Below are positions 27,834 through 36,883 of a stretch of 52,575 nucleotides of DNA, piece after piece. Each line of letters starts with the position of its first letter. The first letter of the stretch is position 1. The position numbers and the translations under genes were made by a program. Where the stretch lies: the NCBI GenBank assembly GCA_023659895.1, contig JAGXOL010000004.1, positions 1 through 52,575 of the forward strand, given 5' to 3'. A model generated the notes under the pieces. The model was not told the DNA's origin, did no database searches, and worked only from the letters and a program-made list of their open reading frames with translations. This DNA is from Candidatus Aenigmarchaeota archaeon LH_S7. GTDB taxonomy: Archaea > Aenigmatarchaeota > Aenigmatarchaeia > QMZS01.

Positions 27834-28475
27834 ATGACACTTAATTCCCTTGTACAACTCTCCCCAACAAAACTCAATCTTCTTCAGGAGTGTCCGCGGT
27901 GTTTTTGGCTTGATGTTGTGAAGAAAATTAGGAGACCGCAGGGTCCAATGTCCTCAATCCCAATAAAAATGGATTCTATAATCAAGAAATACTTTGACAA
28001 GTACAGGGAAAGGAATGAGCTCCCACCAATAATAAAGGAAAATGTTTCAGGGAGGTTACCGAAAAACATGCCGAAAACTCTTTACCACAGGGAAAACTCC
28101 AGCATAAACCTGATGGGAAGGCCTGATGAGTACCTTGAAGTTGATGGAAAGTTCATTGTACCTTTTGACCACAAGACAAAGAGCAAGCCACCTGAGAACG
28201 TGCATCCAGCATATCAATTACAATTGGATATTTACTCCTACTTGCTGAAAAAGAATGGATACAACACAACAAACCTTGGTTACCTTGCTTTCTATTACCC
28301 TTGTGATTGTGATTTGCATGATGGATTGGATATTCACTGCAAGGTCTTGAAAGTTCCAACAGATTTTACCCACGTTCAAAGATTAATCAAGAAAGCTGAA
28401 GATATTTTGAATGGGAAAATCCCAGAGAAGGGAACAGGTTGTCCTTTCTGTGAGTGGTTGGATAAGTTGAAATAA
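27834..28475 (+). CDS. PD-(D/E)xK nuclease, solo Cas4/RecB-like
   Basis: LSPTKL..CPRCFW, GRPD, FDHKTK, YQLQLDIY, GCPFC; four Cys in a 2+2 arrangement. Confidence 0.88.
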   Translation: MTLNSLVQLSPTKLNLLQECPRCFWLDVVKKIRRPQGPMSSIPIKMDSIIKKYFDKYRERNELPPIIKENVSGRLPKNMPKTLYHRENSSINLMGRPDEYLEVDGKFIVPFDHKTKSKPPENVHPAYQLQLDIYSYLLKKNGYNTTNLGYLAFYYPCDCDLHDGLDIHCKVLKVPTDFTHVQRLIKKAEDILNGKIPEKGTGCPFCEWLDKLK

Positions 28476-28476
28476 T

Positions 28477-28696
28477 TTATAATGTGTCAGTGTAGACACC
28501 ATCACATACAACTTCAGTTATAATCATGTCTTTGAAATCAGAGTATCTTTTACAGAATTCTCCAAGCAATTCAACAATATCCTTATCAATCTTATTTGAT
28601 AAATTTTATCAACTTCTGGACCTCTAAATACCTTGGAAAGTCATTTTCCAGGAAATTATATACTCCTTCATTAACTCCATTCAGATTATTTTTCAT
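28477..28696 (-). pseudogene. Small gene with one +1 frameshift
   Basis: MKNNLNGVNEGVYNFLENDFPRYLEVQKLIK then in a shifted frame LSNKIDKDIVELLGEFCKRYSDFKDMIITEVVCDGVYTDTL*; 220 bp = 73 codons + 1. Confidence 0.45.
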
Positions 28697-28726
28697 AATT
28701 GAAAAGTGTAAGTTATTTATGTTTAA

Positions 28727-28972
28727 TCAATTTTCCATGTCAGCGAAAAATTCTTTTGATTCATTATAAGCTTTTTCCCTTTGTTTCAACTTCCTCAAAC
28801 AATTGATGCAGAAGAAACCCTCAAGAGTGTAGTTAACAGTTTTCCTTAGCTCCATCCCATTCTTCATAACAACTTGGTCAGGTTCCTCAAAAATAAAAAT
28901 TTCATGATGCAGTTTAGGTTTACCTTTGTAATTACCTTTTTTACCACACACGCAACATTTACTTAAACTCAT
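28727..28972 (-). CDS. Small hypothetical zinc-finger protein
   Basis: CCVCG...FFCINC, two CxxC pairs. Confidence 0.65.
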   Translation of the reverse strand: MSLSKCCVCGKKGNYKGKPKLHHEIFIFEEPDQVVMKNGMELRKTVNYTLEGFFCINCLRKLKQREKAYNESKEFFADMEN

Positions 28973-29060
28973 GTTAGGGCCACAATTATTATTTACACAG
29001 AATTTTTATATATGTAAATGGATGCAAAGCTATGAAGACACTTAAATACCACCCAAAGTT

Positions 29061-31334
29061 TTAAAAACCCTCCAAACTCTTTTGCTCACTATACAAATCC
29101 TTCTTGTTATAACCCAAAACTGATAGAATTCTCAACGCTGCAGGAATTACCTGGTTGTTAACATAGTAATCCTCATCATAACTCTGCGCATCCTCATACC
29201 ACCTTGCCCTGTCTGAAATACTTTTCCCATTCCTCGTGACAATGTATTGTATTAAGCTACCCCTTGAAACTTCCACACCTCTTCTCTCTAAATCACGTGC
29301 AACTCTTATATGAGGTCCTATCTGTTCATAATCCTCAATATTTTTTGTTAACTGTCTCCTGATAACAAGTTTTTCCATGTCAATCTCCCCTTTCTTAACT
29401 TTTTTCACAACATCTCTTACGTGCTCAACAGCTTTTTTTTCCTTCCCTTTCAAGATGTTTTCAAGAACTTTTTCCTGAGTTTCCTTTGCAAGATCACTCC
29501 AGTCCCCACGGATATACTCAAACCCTTTCACAAGAATATTATCTTTATCATCAACCAATGCATATCTCTTCTTTGCACCTTTTCCCTCAGTACCAACAAA
29601 AATTCCACTCTTGTAAAACCCTTCATACTCAAGCTCCATTATTCCTGGCAACTTTTTATTAATTTTTTCAAGGAACTTTTTCACATCCCTCTCTCCACAA
29701 ATCATCAATGAATCAGTGTCCCCATATACAACCTCAAAACCATCCTTCTCAGCTTTCTCAATAGTTTCCTTAACATATTTTCTTCCAAGAGCAGTTATAG
29801 ATTCAGCACATTTCAAGCAGTACCAGCGGGCAGCAAAGAAACCCAGATAACCATAAGTGGAATTTGCAAGCAGTTTCAAAGCTTTCTCATCAACACCTTT
29901 CCCCTGCTTTTTCTTAATTTCAATTCTTTTTTTAATCAAATCATCAACAATCTCTACGATGAATCCCTTCTCCTTCTTAAATCTATGCTCCTTACCATCA
30001 ATATTTACCTTGAATTTTCCTTTTGGGTCCAAGGTATCAGGTGAGATGTTGTGCGAGACTAAAATGGAAGGGTATAGGGATTTGAAATCCAAAACATGAA
30101 TCTTTTCGTAAATTCCAGGTTTTGGTGGATGCACGTAAGCACCAATGTAACTTTGCTTTCTCCTTTCCTCAAGTTCATTATGACTAGGACGGTTCTTGAT
30201 GAAAATGTTCTTTCTTACAGATTCCCTGATTAAATAATTCTCCACTAGTTGGCTGTAACCACTCCTTGTACAATCAAACAAGTCAAGTCCAATCAGATTT
30301 GAGAACCTGTATTCTAGAGGAAGAATCTCCTGCCCAAGCAAATAAGTTATCCTGCAGTCTTGCAAATTGTACTTGAAGATTTTATCAATTTTCTTAGTTT
30401 CATTTGAATCCCAGATATCCTTGCTTTCTTGTATTTCAATGTCATCTTTTCCCTCACCAAGAAAGTACCTTGCAACCTCATCCAATTTCAAGCTCCTTGT
30501 TCTCACTTCCGCGGACAAGTGCTTTGCAAGAATGTTAAACAAGTCAATGTGAATGCAATTCTTGAAGTTTGCTCCTCTCCTGCTTTTCAAGATTGGATGT
30601 TCAAGACCGAGTTCTTCAGACCTGGTTTTAAGATATTCCATGTCAAAATTGTCCCCATTATAGGAGACCACAGCATCATATTCATCAATCAACTCAAAGA
30701 ATTTCCTTAGCATTTCCTTCTCATTTTTCAAGACAATAACATTATCAAGACTTGATTTCTTCCATGTCAAGACCCTATGTTTGTTGTAGCAATAAAGTCC
30801 AATACAAATAATCTTGTTCTCTTTTACATCGAAAAATGGTTTGTAAAGCTCAATATCAAAGGATGCAATCTTTGGCTCGTAAAGACCTTCTTTTTTAACA
30901 AGCTTCTTCCCTTCAATCTTGTAACCATTCAACAACTTGATTTGGTTATCAATCAAATACCTTTTAGCGAATGGGATATCATACTCCCTCTTGTTTTTGA
31001 TATTTTTCATCTCCCTTACTGGATCTTTCATTACATTTACATCCCTTGGCTGTTTGCAATAGATTTTCAATGCCTTTACCTTTTTATTCAAATCAATTTT
31101 TTCAACAATCTCAACTCTAGTAGGCTTTAGTTTCTCCCCATTATAATCCATTTCAAATCCTTCAATTTCCTTCTTCATCTTCTCAATTTTTTTCTGTTCA
31201 GGAATTGCGTAAAAATAAGGCTCAAAACCAGGATCTTCAAAAACTTTTTTCTCCCTTTTGTCAGTCCTTCCAAAAACCCTGACCACAGGATTTCCGTCTC
31301 TTATTTCATAATCAGCTGTTAAAGGGTAGAACAT
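29061..31334 (-). CDS. polB: Family B DNA polymerase
   Basis: Exo I FDIE, Exo II YNGDNFD, Exo III YNLQD, DFKSLYPS, KLLANSTYG, YGDTDS, C-terminal PIP box QKSLEGF. True start 31334; the track extension runs into the IS left end. Confidence 0.96.
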   Translation of the reverse strand: MFYPLTADYEIRDGNPVVRVFGRTDKREKKVFEDPGFEPYFYAIPEQKKIEKMKKEIEGFEMDYNGEKLKPTRVEIVEKIDLNKKVKALKIYCKQPRDVNVMKDPVREMKNIKNKREYDIPFAKRYLIDNQIKLLNGYKIEGKKLVKKEGLYEPKIASFDIELYKPFFDVKENKIICIGLYCYNKHRVLTWKKSSLDNVIVLKNEKEMLRKFFELIDEYDAVVSYNGDNFDMEYLKTRSEELGLEHPILKSRRGANFKNCIHIDLFNILAKHLSAEVRTRSLKLDEVARYFLGEGKDDIEIQESKDIWDSNETKKIDKIFKYNLQDCRITYLLGQEILPLEYRFSNLIGLDLFDCTRSGYSQLVENYLIRESVRKNIFIKNRPSHNELEERRKQSYIGAYVHPPKPGIYEKIHVLDFKSLYPSILVSHNISPDTLDPKGKFKVNIDGKEHRFKKEKGFIVEIVDDLIKKRIEIKKKQGKGVDEKALKLLANSTYGYLGFFAARWYCLKCAESITALGRKYVKETIEKAEKDGFEVVYGDTDSLMICGERDVKKFLEKINKKLPGIMELEYEGFYKSGIFVGTEGKGAKKRYALVDDKDNILVKGFEYIRGDWSDLAKETQEKVLENILKGKEKKAVEHVRDVVKKVKKGEIDMEKLVIRRQLTKNIEDYEQIGPHIRVARDLERRGVEVSRGSLIQYIVTRNGKSISDRARWYEDAQSYDEDYYVNNQVIPAALRILSVLGYNKKDLYSEQKSLEGF

Positions 31335-31357
31335 AACTAAATTTACCCTAATTTTAT

Positions 31358-32547
31358 AAACCAAAGGCAAGAAAACTCCCAAATCGTGTAGAGGATTTGC
31401 CCTTAAAATAGTTTAAAATATAATTAAATATGGTCTGTGTTAGAAAAACAATTAAATGCAAGATAATAAAGCCAACAGAATTAAAGTTAAAACATTTAAA
31501 CAAAGAAAATAACAATTTACAAGAACTGCTACAATTAGAAAAATTTGGATTAGATTTACTGCCAATTTACCGATCTCTTAAAAAGAAGGTATACTCTGCA
31601 AATATACAACAAGCCTTAAGATTTTATAAAAAGATTAAACTAAATAAAGAATATCCAATATCCTTTAGAAAAGATTTATTAGAGATTAGAAAAACAAATA
31701 ACAAACTATCAGAGTATTGGGTTAAAATACCTACTAAACAAAGAAAAGGTGGTTTAAAGTTAGCAATTAAATCACAACCTTTTCTCTTTGAAGATTATGA
31801 GATTTGTGAATCCAAACTGTTTAAAAAGAAAAATAATTGGTTTTTAAATCTAACAGTTCAAAAAGAAGTTGAACTGAATAATACTTATGACTCCGTTCTT
31901 AGTCTTGATTTGGGACAGAAATATATGGGCGTATCGGTGATGCATCCATCTGCTTTAATGACTCCTAAATTCTACGGCAAAGAAGTCAGAGGAATAAGAA
32001 GAAAATACGACTATATTAGGAAGCAACTCAGTAAGAAAAAGGTATTGAAAGAAATAAAAAACTTTGGACAGAAGGAGCAAAGAAAAGTAACTGATTGTCT
32101 CCATAATATTTCTAATAGGATTATAGAGTTTGCACAGACCAATAACTCTGTAATTGTGTTGGGGAATTTGAAAGGGCTTAGAAGCTCAGTGAAAGGTAAA
32201 GGTAGAAAGTTCAATAGGATTGTTTCAAATATGCCTTATTATCAATTAACACAAATGCTCGAATACAAAGCAAATTGGAATGGAATAAGAGTAGTAAAAG
32301 TAAATGAAAGGGGAACAAGTCATACTTGTTGTAAATGTAGTTCTAAAGGTTTAAGACCAAAGCAAGGAGTTTTCAATTGTTCTGTTTGTGGACTAAAAGA
32401 CTTTAATGCAGATATAAACGGTGCTACTAATATAGGTAATAAAGTGTCTTCTGGGTATATCTTGGAAGATGGGGCAACATTGACTTTGCCCGAAACTGGT
32501 GCAATATGACATCAGAATCTCCTGACTTTAATCGTGGAGGGTGTCAA
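31358..32547 (+). mobile_element. IS200/IS605-family solo-tnpB element (IS1341-like), no tnpA
   Basis: Preceded by TTAT; left end ccaaaggcaagaaaactcc with hairpin caaatc/gatttg; right end cagaatctcctgactttaatcgtggagggtgtcaa; left boundary uncertain by ~3 bp. Confidence 0.88.
31430..32509 (+). CDS. tnpB: RNA-guided nuclease TnpB with rearranged RuvC-II site
   Basis: RuvC-I LSLDLG; RuvC-II VIVLGNL (G instead of E) with E in VNERGTS 48 aa later; Zn finger CCKC...CSVC; RuvC-III NADINGATNI. Confidence 0.9.
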   Translation: MVCVRKTIKCKIIKPTELKLKHLNKENNNLQELLQLEKFGLDLLPIYRSLKKKVYSANIQQALRFYKKIKLNKEYPISFRKDLLEIRKTNNKLSEYWVKIPTKQRKGGLKLAIKSQPFLFEDYEICESKLFKKKNNWFLNLTVQKEVELNNTYDSVLSLDLGQKYMGVSVMHPSALMTPKFYGKEVRGIRRKYDYIRKQLSKKKVLKEIKNFGQKEQRKVTDCLHNISNRIIEFAQTNNSVIVLGNLKGLRSSVKGKGRKFNRIVSNMPYYQLTQMLEYKANWNGIRVVKVNERGTSHTCCKCSSKGLRPKQGVFNCSVCGLKDFNADINGATNIGNKVSSGYILEDGATLTLPETGAI

Positions 32548-32567
32548 CTATTCAATGAAGTAATTAC
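32445..32567 (+). ncRNA. Predicted TnpB omega-RNA (reRNA): scaffold to 32547 plus ~20-nt guide ctattcaatgaagtaattac
   Basis: Overlaps tnpB 3' end and IS right end as established for TnpB loci; conserved blocks shared with 20408-20438 and 23422-23564. Confidence 0.65.
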
Positions 32568-35500
32568 CAAAATAAGGATTGTTTGGCCATAAACATTTCA
32601 GTTTTTCATCTGCGATTTTGTTTTGACCATACCAAGATACCATATTACCTATTTCACAACCAACTACTGAACAACCTGCTAGACCAAGTCCTGCAGTGAA
32701 AACTCCGCAGATTCCGGTTATTCCAAGTTCAGCAATTATTGAACCTGCCGCTATGCCTTTCTCTTTGAGTCCTTCATGATTAGGTGGAGGAGTGTAACAA
32801 AATCCTTCTGTTTCTGGCTTAGAAACATATCTTACTTTTAAGCAATCGGTAGTAGTCTTTGTATCTAATTTGGTCCAATAAGGTTTACCATATTCAGTTT
32901 CATTTGAAAGTTCACCATTTTCATTTGCATCTGAACTTAAATCAACTTTCGCAGGCAAAGTTTGGATTGAGCCCTCTTTAATAGTTTTTATAACCCCTTC
33001 CTTAATATGATTTACATAATCGTCGTCTTCGTCTTCCGGATATGCCTTGTTCAAACCTTCTGTTATGTTTTCTCTAGGATGAGAGCATGCAGATTCTGAT
33101 TTAACTTTTAAGTCAATTTCTGATGTCAAATCTCCCTCATTAGAATCTATTTCATCATTACCAATTCTCCATTCTGTGCAGCACCATTCTTCAGTTTCTA
33201 TCTCCGTGGAACCTTTAAATCCAAATTGTTTTTGTTTACCTTCACCTATCTTTTCCCAATTAGAACACTTTAACCATTGCTCGCCCCTAACACAATCGGA
33301 AGTGTAGAAAGGTACTGAGGGCACAGAAGAATCTGCGCATGTAAATTTTGAAGTATCTTCAGAAATGTATCTAGTGCAATTCAAATTTTGCGCTTTAAAA
33401 AAGGCATCACATTCACTTGAGAATTCTGTTCTGAACATTTTATACTCAGGCCTATTCTTTATATAGTTAGTGAAACTAAGATTAATCTGGTATTTTACAG
33501 TTGTAGAATCTATATTAATAGGTTTTTTATCTATAATATTAATACTCTCTGAACCCAAATTTTCTTCTTCCTTAATCAAATCTATATTTTCACCATAATC
33601 GCGATATAAGGTTATATTACATTCAGCTTCATCATCATTTTCAACATTCTTTACCTCACACTCAAAAATATAGGTGTTTATTGAGGTCTCATCAATGAAA
33701 GGATCCTTGTCCAATACACAATTACATTCTGTTTTAGTTATATTCATCTTTCCACCACAAGGGGATGCACTGTAAAATCTGGTGTAAGCAGAAGAACTCA
33801 ACAATTTATCAATAAACCTTACCATATTAGGAATCTCAACAACTTTTGGAGTAGGAGGAGTGTATTCAATTATATCTTTGCTATCTCCTGAGTTCTTTTT
33901 CCCACCAAAACAATATATCTTACCTTCTAAAGACTCTACACAAGATAAGCTCTTTATAGTAAAAGGTAGTTCTCCAATCACATCAGAGTTTTTTTCTGTA
34001 GAATTATCTCTCGGATCAAACTCAACAATATCATCTAAATAATCATCACTACTACTTTCCCCACCAAAACAATAGATTTTTTTGTTCAAAGAGCTTTCAG
34101 CACAGGAAAGATGCCCTATTTTCTTTTCCAAAGATTCTACTGTATTAATCTCTCCTGGGTTATTCGGGTCAAACTCAACAATATCATCTAAATAATCATC
34201 ATTACTATTTTTCCCACCAAAACAATAAATATTGTTATTCAAAGAGCTTTCCACACAGGAGGAATAAGCTGTTTTTGCAGGAAGTGTTGCAGACATACAG
34301 GAAGTTGTATTTGCTGAAGGATTAAACCTATCAATATCATCTGAATAATCTGTACTATTTTTTCCACCAAAACAATAAATGAGCCCATTTTTGGAGCTTT
34401 CCACGCAAGAAAGCCCTTCTCTTGGAGATATCTTTAATGATTCTCCTAAAGGTCCTGGTATAGTATTTATCTCATCTTTTTTAACATCATATTTTAATAT
34501 TTCACTCTGGTAAGTACTTGTGTTATCCACCCCACCAAAACAATAAATATTGTTATTCAAAGAGCTTTCTACACAAGAAAGTCCTTTTATAGCAGGAGTT
34601 AAGTTTGCGACCAATTCATCATTTACATAATAGTAAGTGGGATCATAACTAAAAATTTGGTCAAAGTAAGTATCTGCAATATATTCTGTACTTTTTATTC
34701 CACCAAAACAGTATATCTTGTTTTGACTAGTTCCAGTACAAGAGAGCTCACGCCTTCCTTGTAAATTAAGTATAGTAGAGCTCTCTGGATAAAGTTTTTT
34801 AGGAAGCTTAGAATCTTTCACAACAACTTTTGGTTCATTTCTGTTAAACGAAACACCTGCTTTGGAACTTTCCATAGCATACTTATTTAGTTCTATGTAA
34901 TCGATCCCTGCTTGCTTACATTCCTCCAAAGGATAAATTCCTATTGAGGGATTTGCCTGCGACTTCAAACATAAAGAGTGGTCCATACAAGGAGAGAATT
35001 TCATTTGAGATATTTGCATTCTATCAAGTGCATTACTAAAAACAAAACTTGAGCCGTACCAAGTACCCCACCTACCAACAACATGCTTTTTATGTGCGTG
35101 CTTTAAAACTTTCTTTGATGCAAACATAGCCAAGTGAGGAAGGGAAGAAATTTTTGTATTATCCATTTGACTATGATAAATAGCTTGAGTCCACCTCAAA
35201 GGCTTTGAATCATCAAATAATTTCTCTGGTTCTAATTTATCCCCTATCCTATGTATCCTGGTGTAAGATTCTAGAGCGTTTATATAATCATCATTTTCAA
35301 TGTCCTCTGCTGTCCAGCCTGCCTTTTTCAATATTCTTTTGACCTCCATTGTTTCACCTGGATATATAGTATTATCTCCATTTTTTAATCTTTGAGTTAT
35401 ATCAAACACTATATCTTTGTCTTTTTTATTTATAAGACCTTGATCAAAACCTGTATGAGCATAATTTTCAAGGCCTTTTCTTGCCTCCTTGGCTGCTTTA

Positions 35501-36552
35501 TAATACTTTTCCCCACCTATTCCTAAATCATTCAATTTACTAATCCTCTCTGCTTTAGTTTTATCAGATTTTGACAAGTATTTAATATTTTTCATAAACT
35601 TTTTTGCCTCTCCATGAGTCATCCTGCCATCCATGAAATCATCTATTTTATTATAAAAATTTTTTGAGTGCATTTCAATCTTAGAAAATTTACTAATATC
35701 CTCTACATCAATAGCCTTTACTGCCGAATAACTCTTGGCATATTCATTGAAGTGAGCTTTAGATTTAGTAGTGCACTTATCCATAATCCATCTCCAAAGA
35801 TTATTAGCAGAGGATTTGACTTTGGTGGAGATTTTTGGCCAAAGATCTTTTAAGAACAATTTTCTACCAATCTTTCTGGATTTTTGACCAGCCAAAAAAA
35901 TTTTTGTGACTGTAGCTCCTGCTTTTTTAGCTGCTCTAGATTTTCTGATTGCATCTTCAAAATTTCTTCCTGCTAATTTACCAGCTTTTTTAACAGTTTT
36001 ACCCACAACATAACTTCCTCCTCCAGCACCAGCTTTTCCTACCCATTTCAAAGCCCCAGCAAGCCTATGAAATGGAACCAAGCAGGTAGCAACTTCAGCA
36101 CTTCTCCAAACCATTGAGGTGGTTCTCATTGCAGCAACTTCACTCCATCCTGTCCAACCTGTATCCTCCCCTTCAGGAAATTTTTCATAATAAATCGTGT
36201 ACCAAGGATCCCCATAAGATTCCAAAGCAGTCATGTATCTCATGGCCTTGCCCACAGCTTCCACATCACCTGTAATAAAGCTATGAAGAAAACTAATAGG
36301 ATTTGCTTCAGCACCTCTTGAACTTATTTTTTGGGGTAAGTTTATTTCAACAGTTCTTGTAGCTCCTTGAGGGGAAGCGCAAACATAGTTCATCGCGGTT
36401 TGCAAGTTTTTTGTACTTTTTTCCGCTTCCTGTTCATATTGAAAGGAGGCCCACATCCCAAGGAAGTGGGATGTTATCATTAAAGTAAATACTACTACTA
36501 CTAACCCAATAAATATTTGCAGAGAGTGGGAAAAAAACCCTTTTGATTTCAT
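32548..36552 (-). CDS. 1334-aa secreted/membrane-anchored protein with six Cys-rich kelch blades
   Basis: MKSKG|FF then hydrophobic helix (class III signal-like); six SC.ES....IYCFGG blades; DNA repeats 34213-34251/34531-34569 and 34016-34048/34169-34201; Gly-rich hydrophobic C-terminal segment. Confidence 0.85.
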   Translation of the reverse strand: MKSKGFFSHSLQIFIGLVVVVFTLMITSHFLGMWASFQYEQEAEKSTKNLQTAMNYVCASPQGATRTVEINLPQKISSRGAEANPISFLHSFITGDVEAVGKAMRYMTALESYGDPWYTIYYEKFPEGEDTGWTGWSEVAAMRTTSMVWRSAEVATCLVPFHRLAGALKWVGKAGAGGGSYVVGKTVKKAGKLAGRNFEDAIRKSRAAKKAGATVTKIFLAGQKSRKIGRKLFLKDLWPKISTKVKSSANNLWRWIMDKCTTKSKAHFNEYAKSYSAVKAIDVEDISKFSKIEMHSKNFYNKIDDFMDGRMTHGEAKKFMKNIKYLSKSDKTKAERISKLNDLGIGGEKYYKAAKEARKGLENYAHTGFDQGLINKKDKDIVFDITQRLKNGDNTIYPGETMEVKRILKKAGWTAEDIENDDYINALESYTRIHRIGDKLEPEKLFDDSKPLRWTQAIYHSQMDNTKISSLPHLAMFASKKVLKHAHKKHVVGRWGTWYGSSFVFSNALDRMQISQMKFSPCMDHSLCLKSQANPSIGIYPLEECKQAGIDYIELNKYAMESSKAGVSFNRNEPKVVVKDSKLPKKLYPESSTILNLQGRRELSCTGTSQNKIYCFGGIKSTEYIADTYFDQIFSYDPTYYYVNDELVANLTPAIKGLSCVESSLNNNIYCFGGVDNTSTYQSEILKYDVKKDEINTIPGPLGESLKISPREGLSCVESSKNGLIYCFGGKNSTDYSDDIDRFNPSANTTSCMSATLPAKTAYSSCVESSLNNNIYCFGGKNSNDDYLDDIVEFDPNNPGEINTVESLEKKIGHLSCAESSLNKKIYCFGGESSSDDYLDDIVEFDPRDNSTEKNSDVIGELPFTIKSLSCVESLEGKIYCFGGKKNSGDSKDIIEYTPPTPKVVEIPNMVRFIDKLLSSSAYTRFYSASPCGGKMNITKTECNCVLDKDPFIDETSINTYIFECEVKNVENDDEAECNITLYRDYGENIDLIKEEENLGSESINIIDKKPINIDSTTVKYQINLSFTNYIKNRPEYKMFRTEFSSECDAFFKAQNLNCTRYISEDTSKFTCADSSVPSVPFYTSDCVRGEQWLKCSNWEKIGEGKQKQFGFKGSTEIETEEWCCTEWRIGNDEIDSNEGDLTSEIDLKVKSESACSHPRENITEGLNKAYPEDEDDDYVNHIKEGVIKTIKEGSIQTLPAKVDLSSDANENGELSNETEYGKPYWTKLDTKTTTDCLKVRYVSKPETEGFCYTPPPNHEGLKEKGIAAGSIIAELGITGICGVFTAGLGLAGCSVVGCEIGNMVSWYGQNKIADEKLKCLWPNNPYFGNYFIE

Positions 36553-36619
36553 AATTTATTAACAAACATATTAGAAAAGCTTATTTAAAGTTTCAAGGCA
36601 AATATTTAAGTGAGTAACA

Positions 36620-36847
36620 ATGGTAGAATTCGAAACACTGAAAAGCGAAGAAAAAAATTTTGGTAAAAACAATTTTTTGGAAATCGCTAGAAAAATAGCA
36701 AAAAGTGAAGAAGGAGAAAATGAATTTGTGCAAATAGCTCGGGGATTTTTTGCCCCAGATGGAAGCAGGAGATATAAGAAATCAATTGCAGTACCAGATG
36801 AAGCCGAGATAAAGGATTTCATCACACAAAAAATTAAAGAAGTATAA
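36620..36847 (+). CDS. Small conserved-looking hypothetical protein, possibly PC4/PUR-like nucleic-acid-binding fold
   Basis: NFLEIARK...EFVQIARGFF...RYKKSIAVP then a helix resembles the four-strand-plus-helix PC4 pattern; weak. Confidence 0.6.
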   Translation: MVEFETLKSEEKNFGKNNFLEIARKIAKSEEGENEFVQIARGFFAPDGSRRYKKSIAVPDEAEIKDFITQKIKEV

Positions 36848-36866
36848 TTTTCTTTTTTCTTTTTAT
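36848..36866 (+). terminator. Candidate archaeal oligo-T terminator
   Basis: T-rich tract ttttcttttttctttttat directly after the stop codon. Confidence 0.35.
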
Positions 36867-36883
36867 ATACTCAAATTATAGTT

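Noticed and set aside
31430-32509. Catalytically dead TnpB (TldR) or Cas12f/Cas14
   Set aside because: A compensating Glu is present, IS ends flank the gene and there is no CRISPR array.
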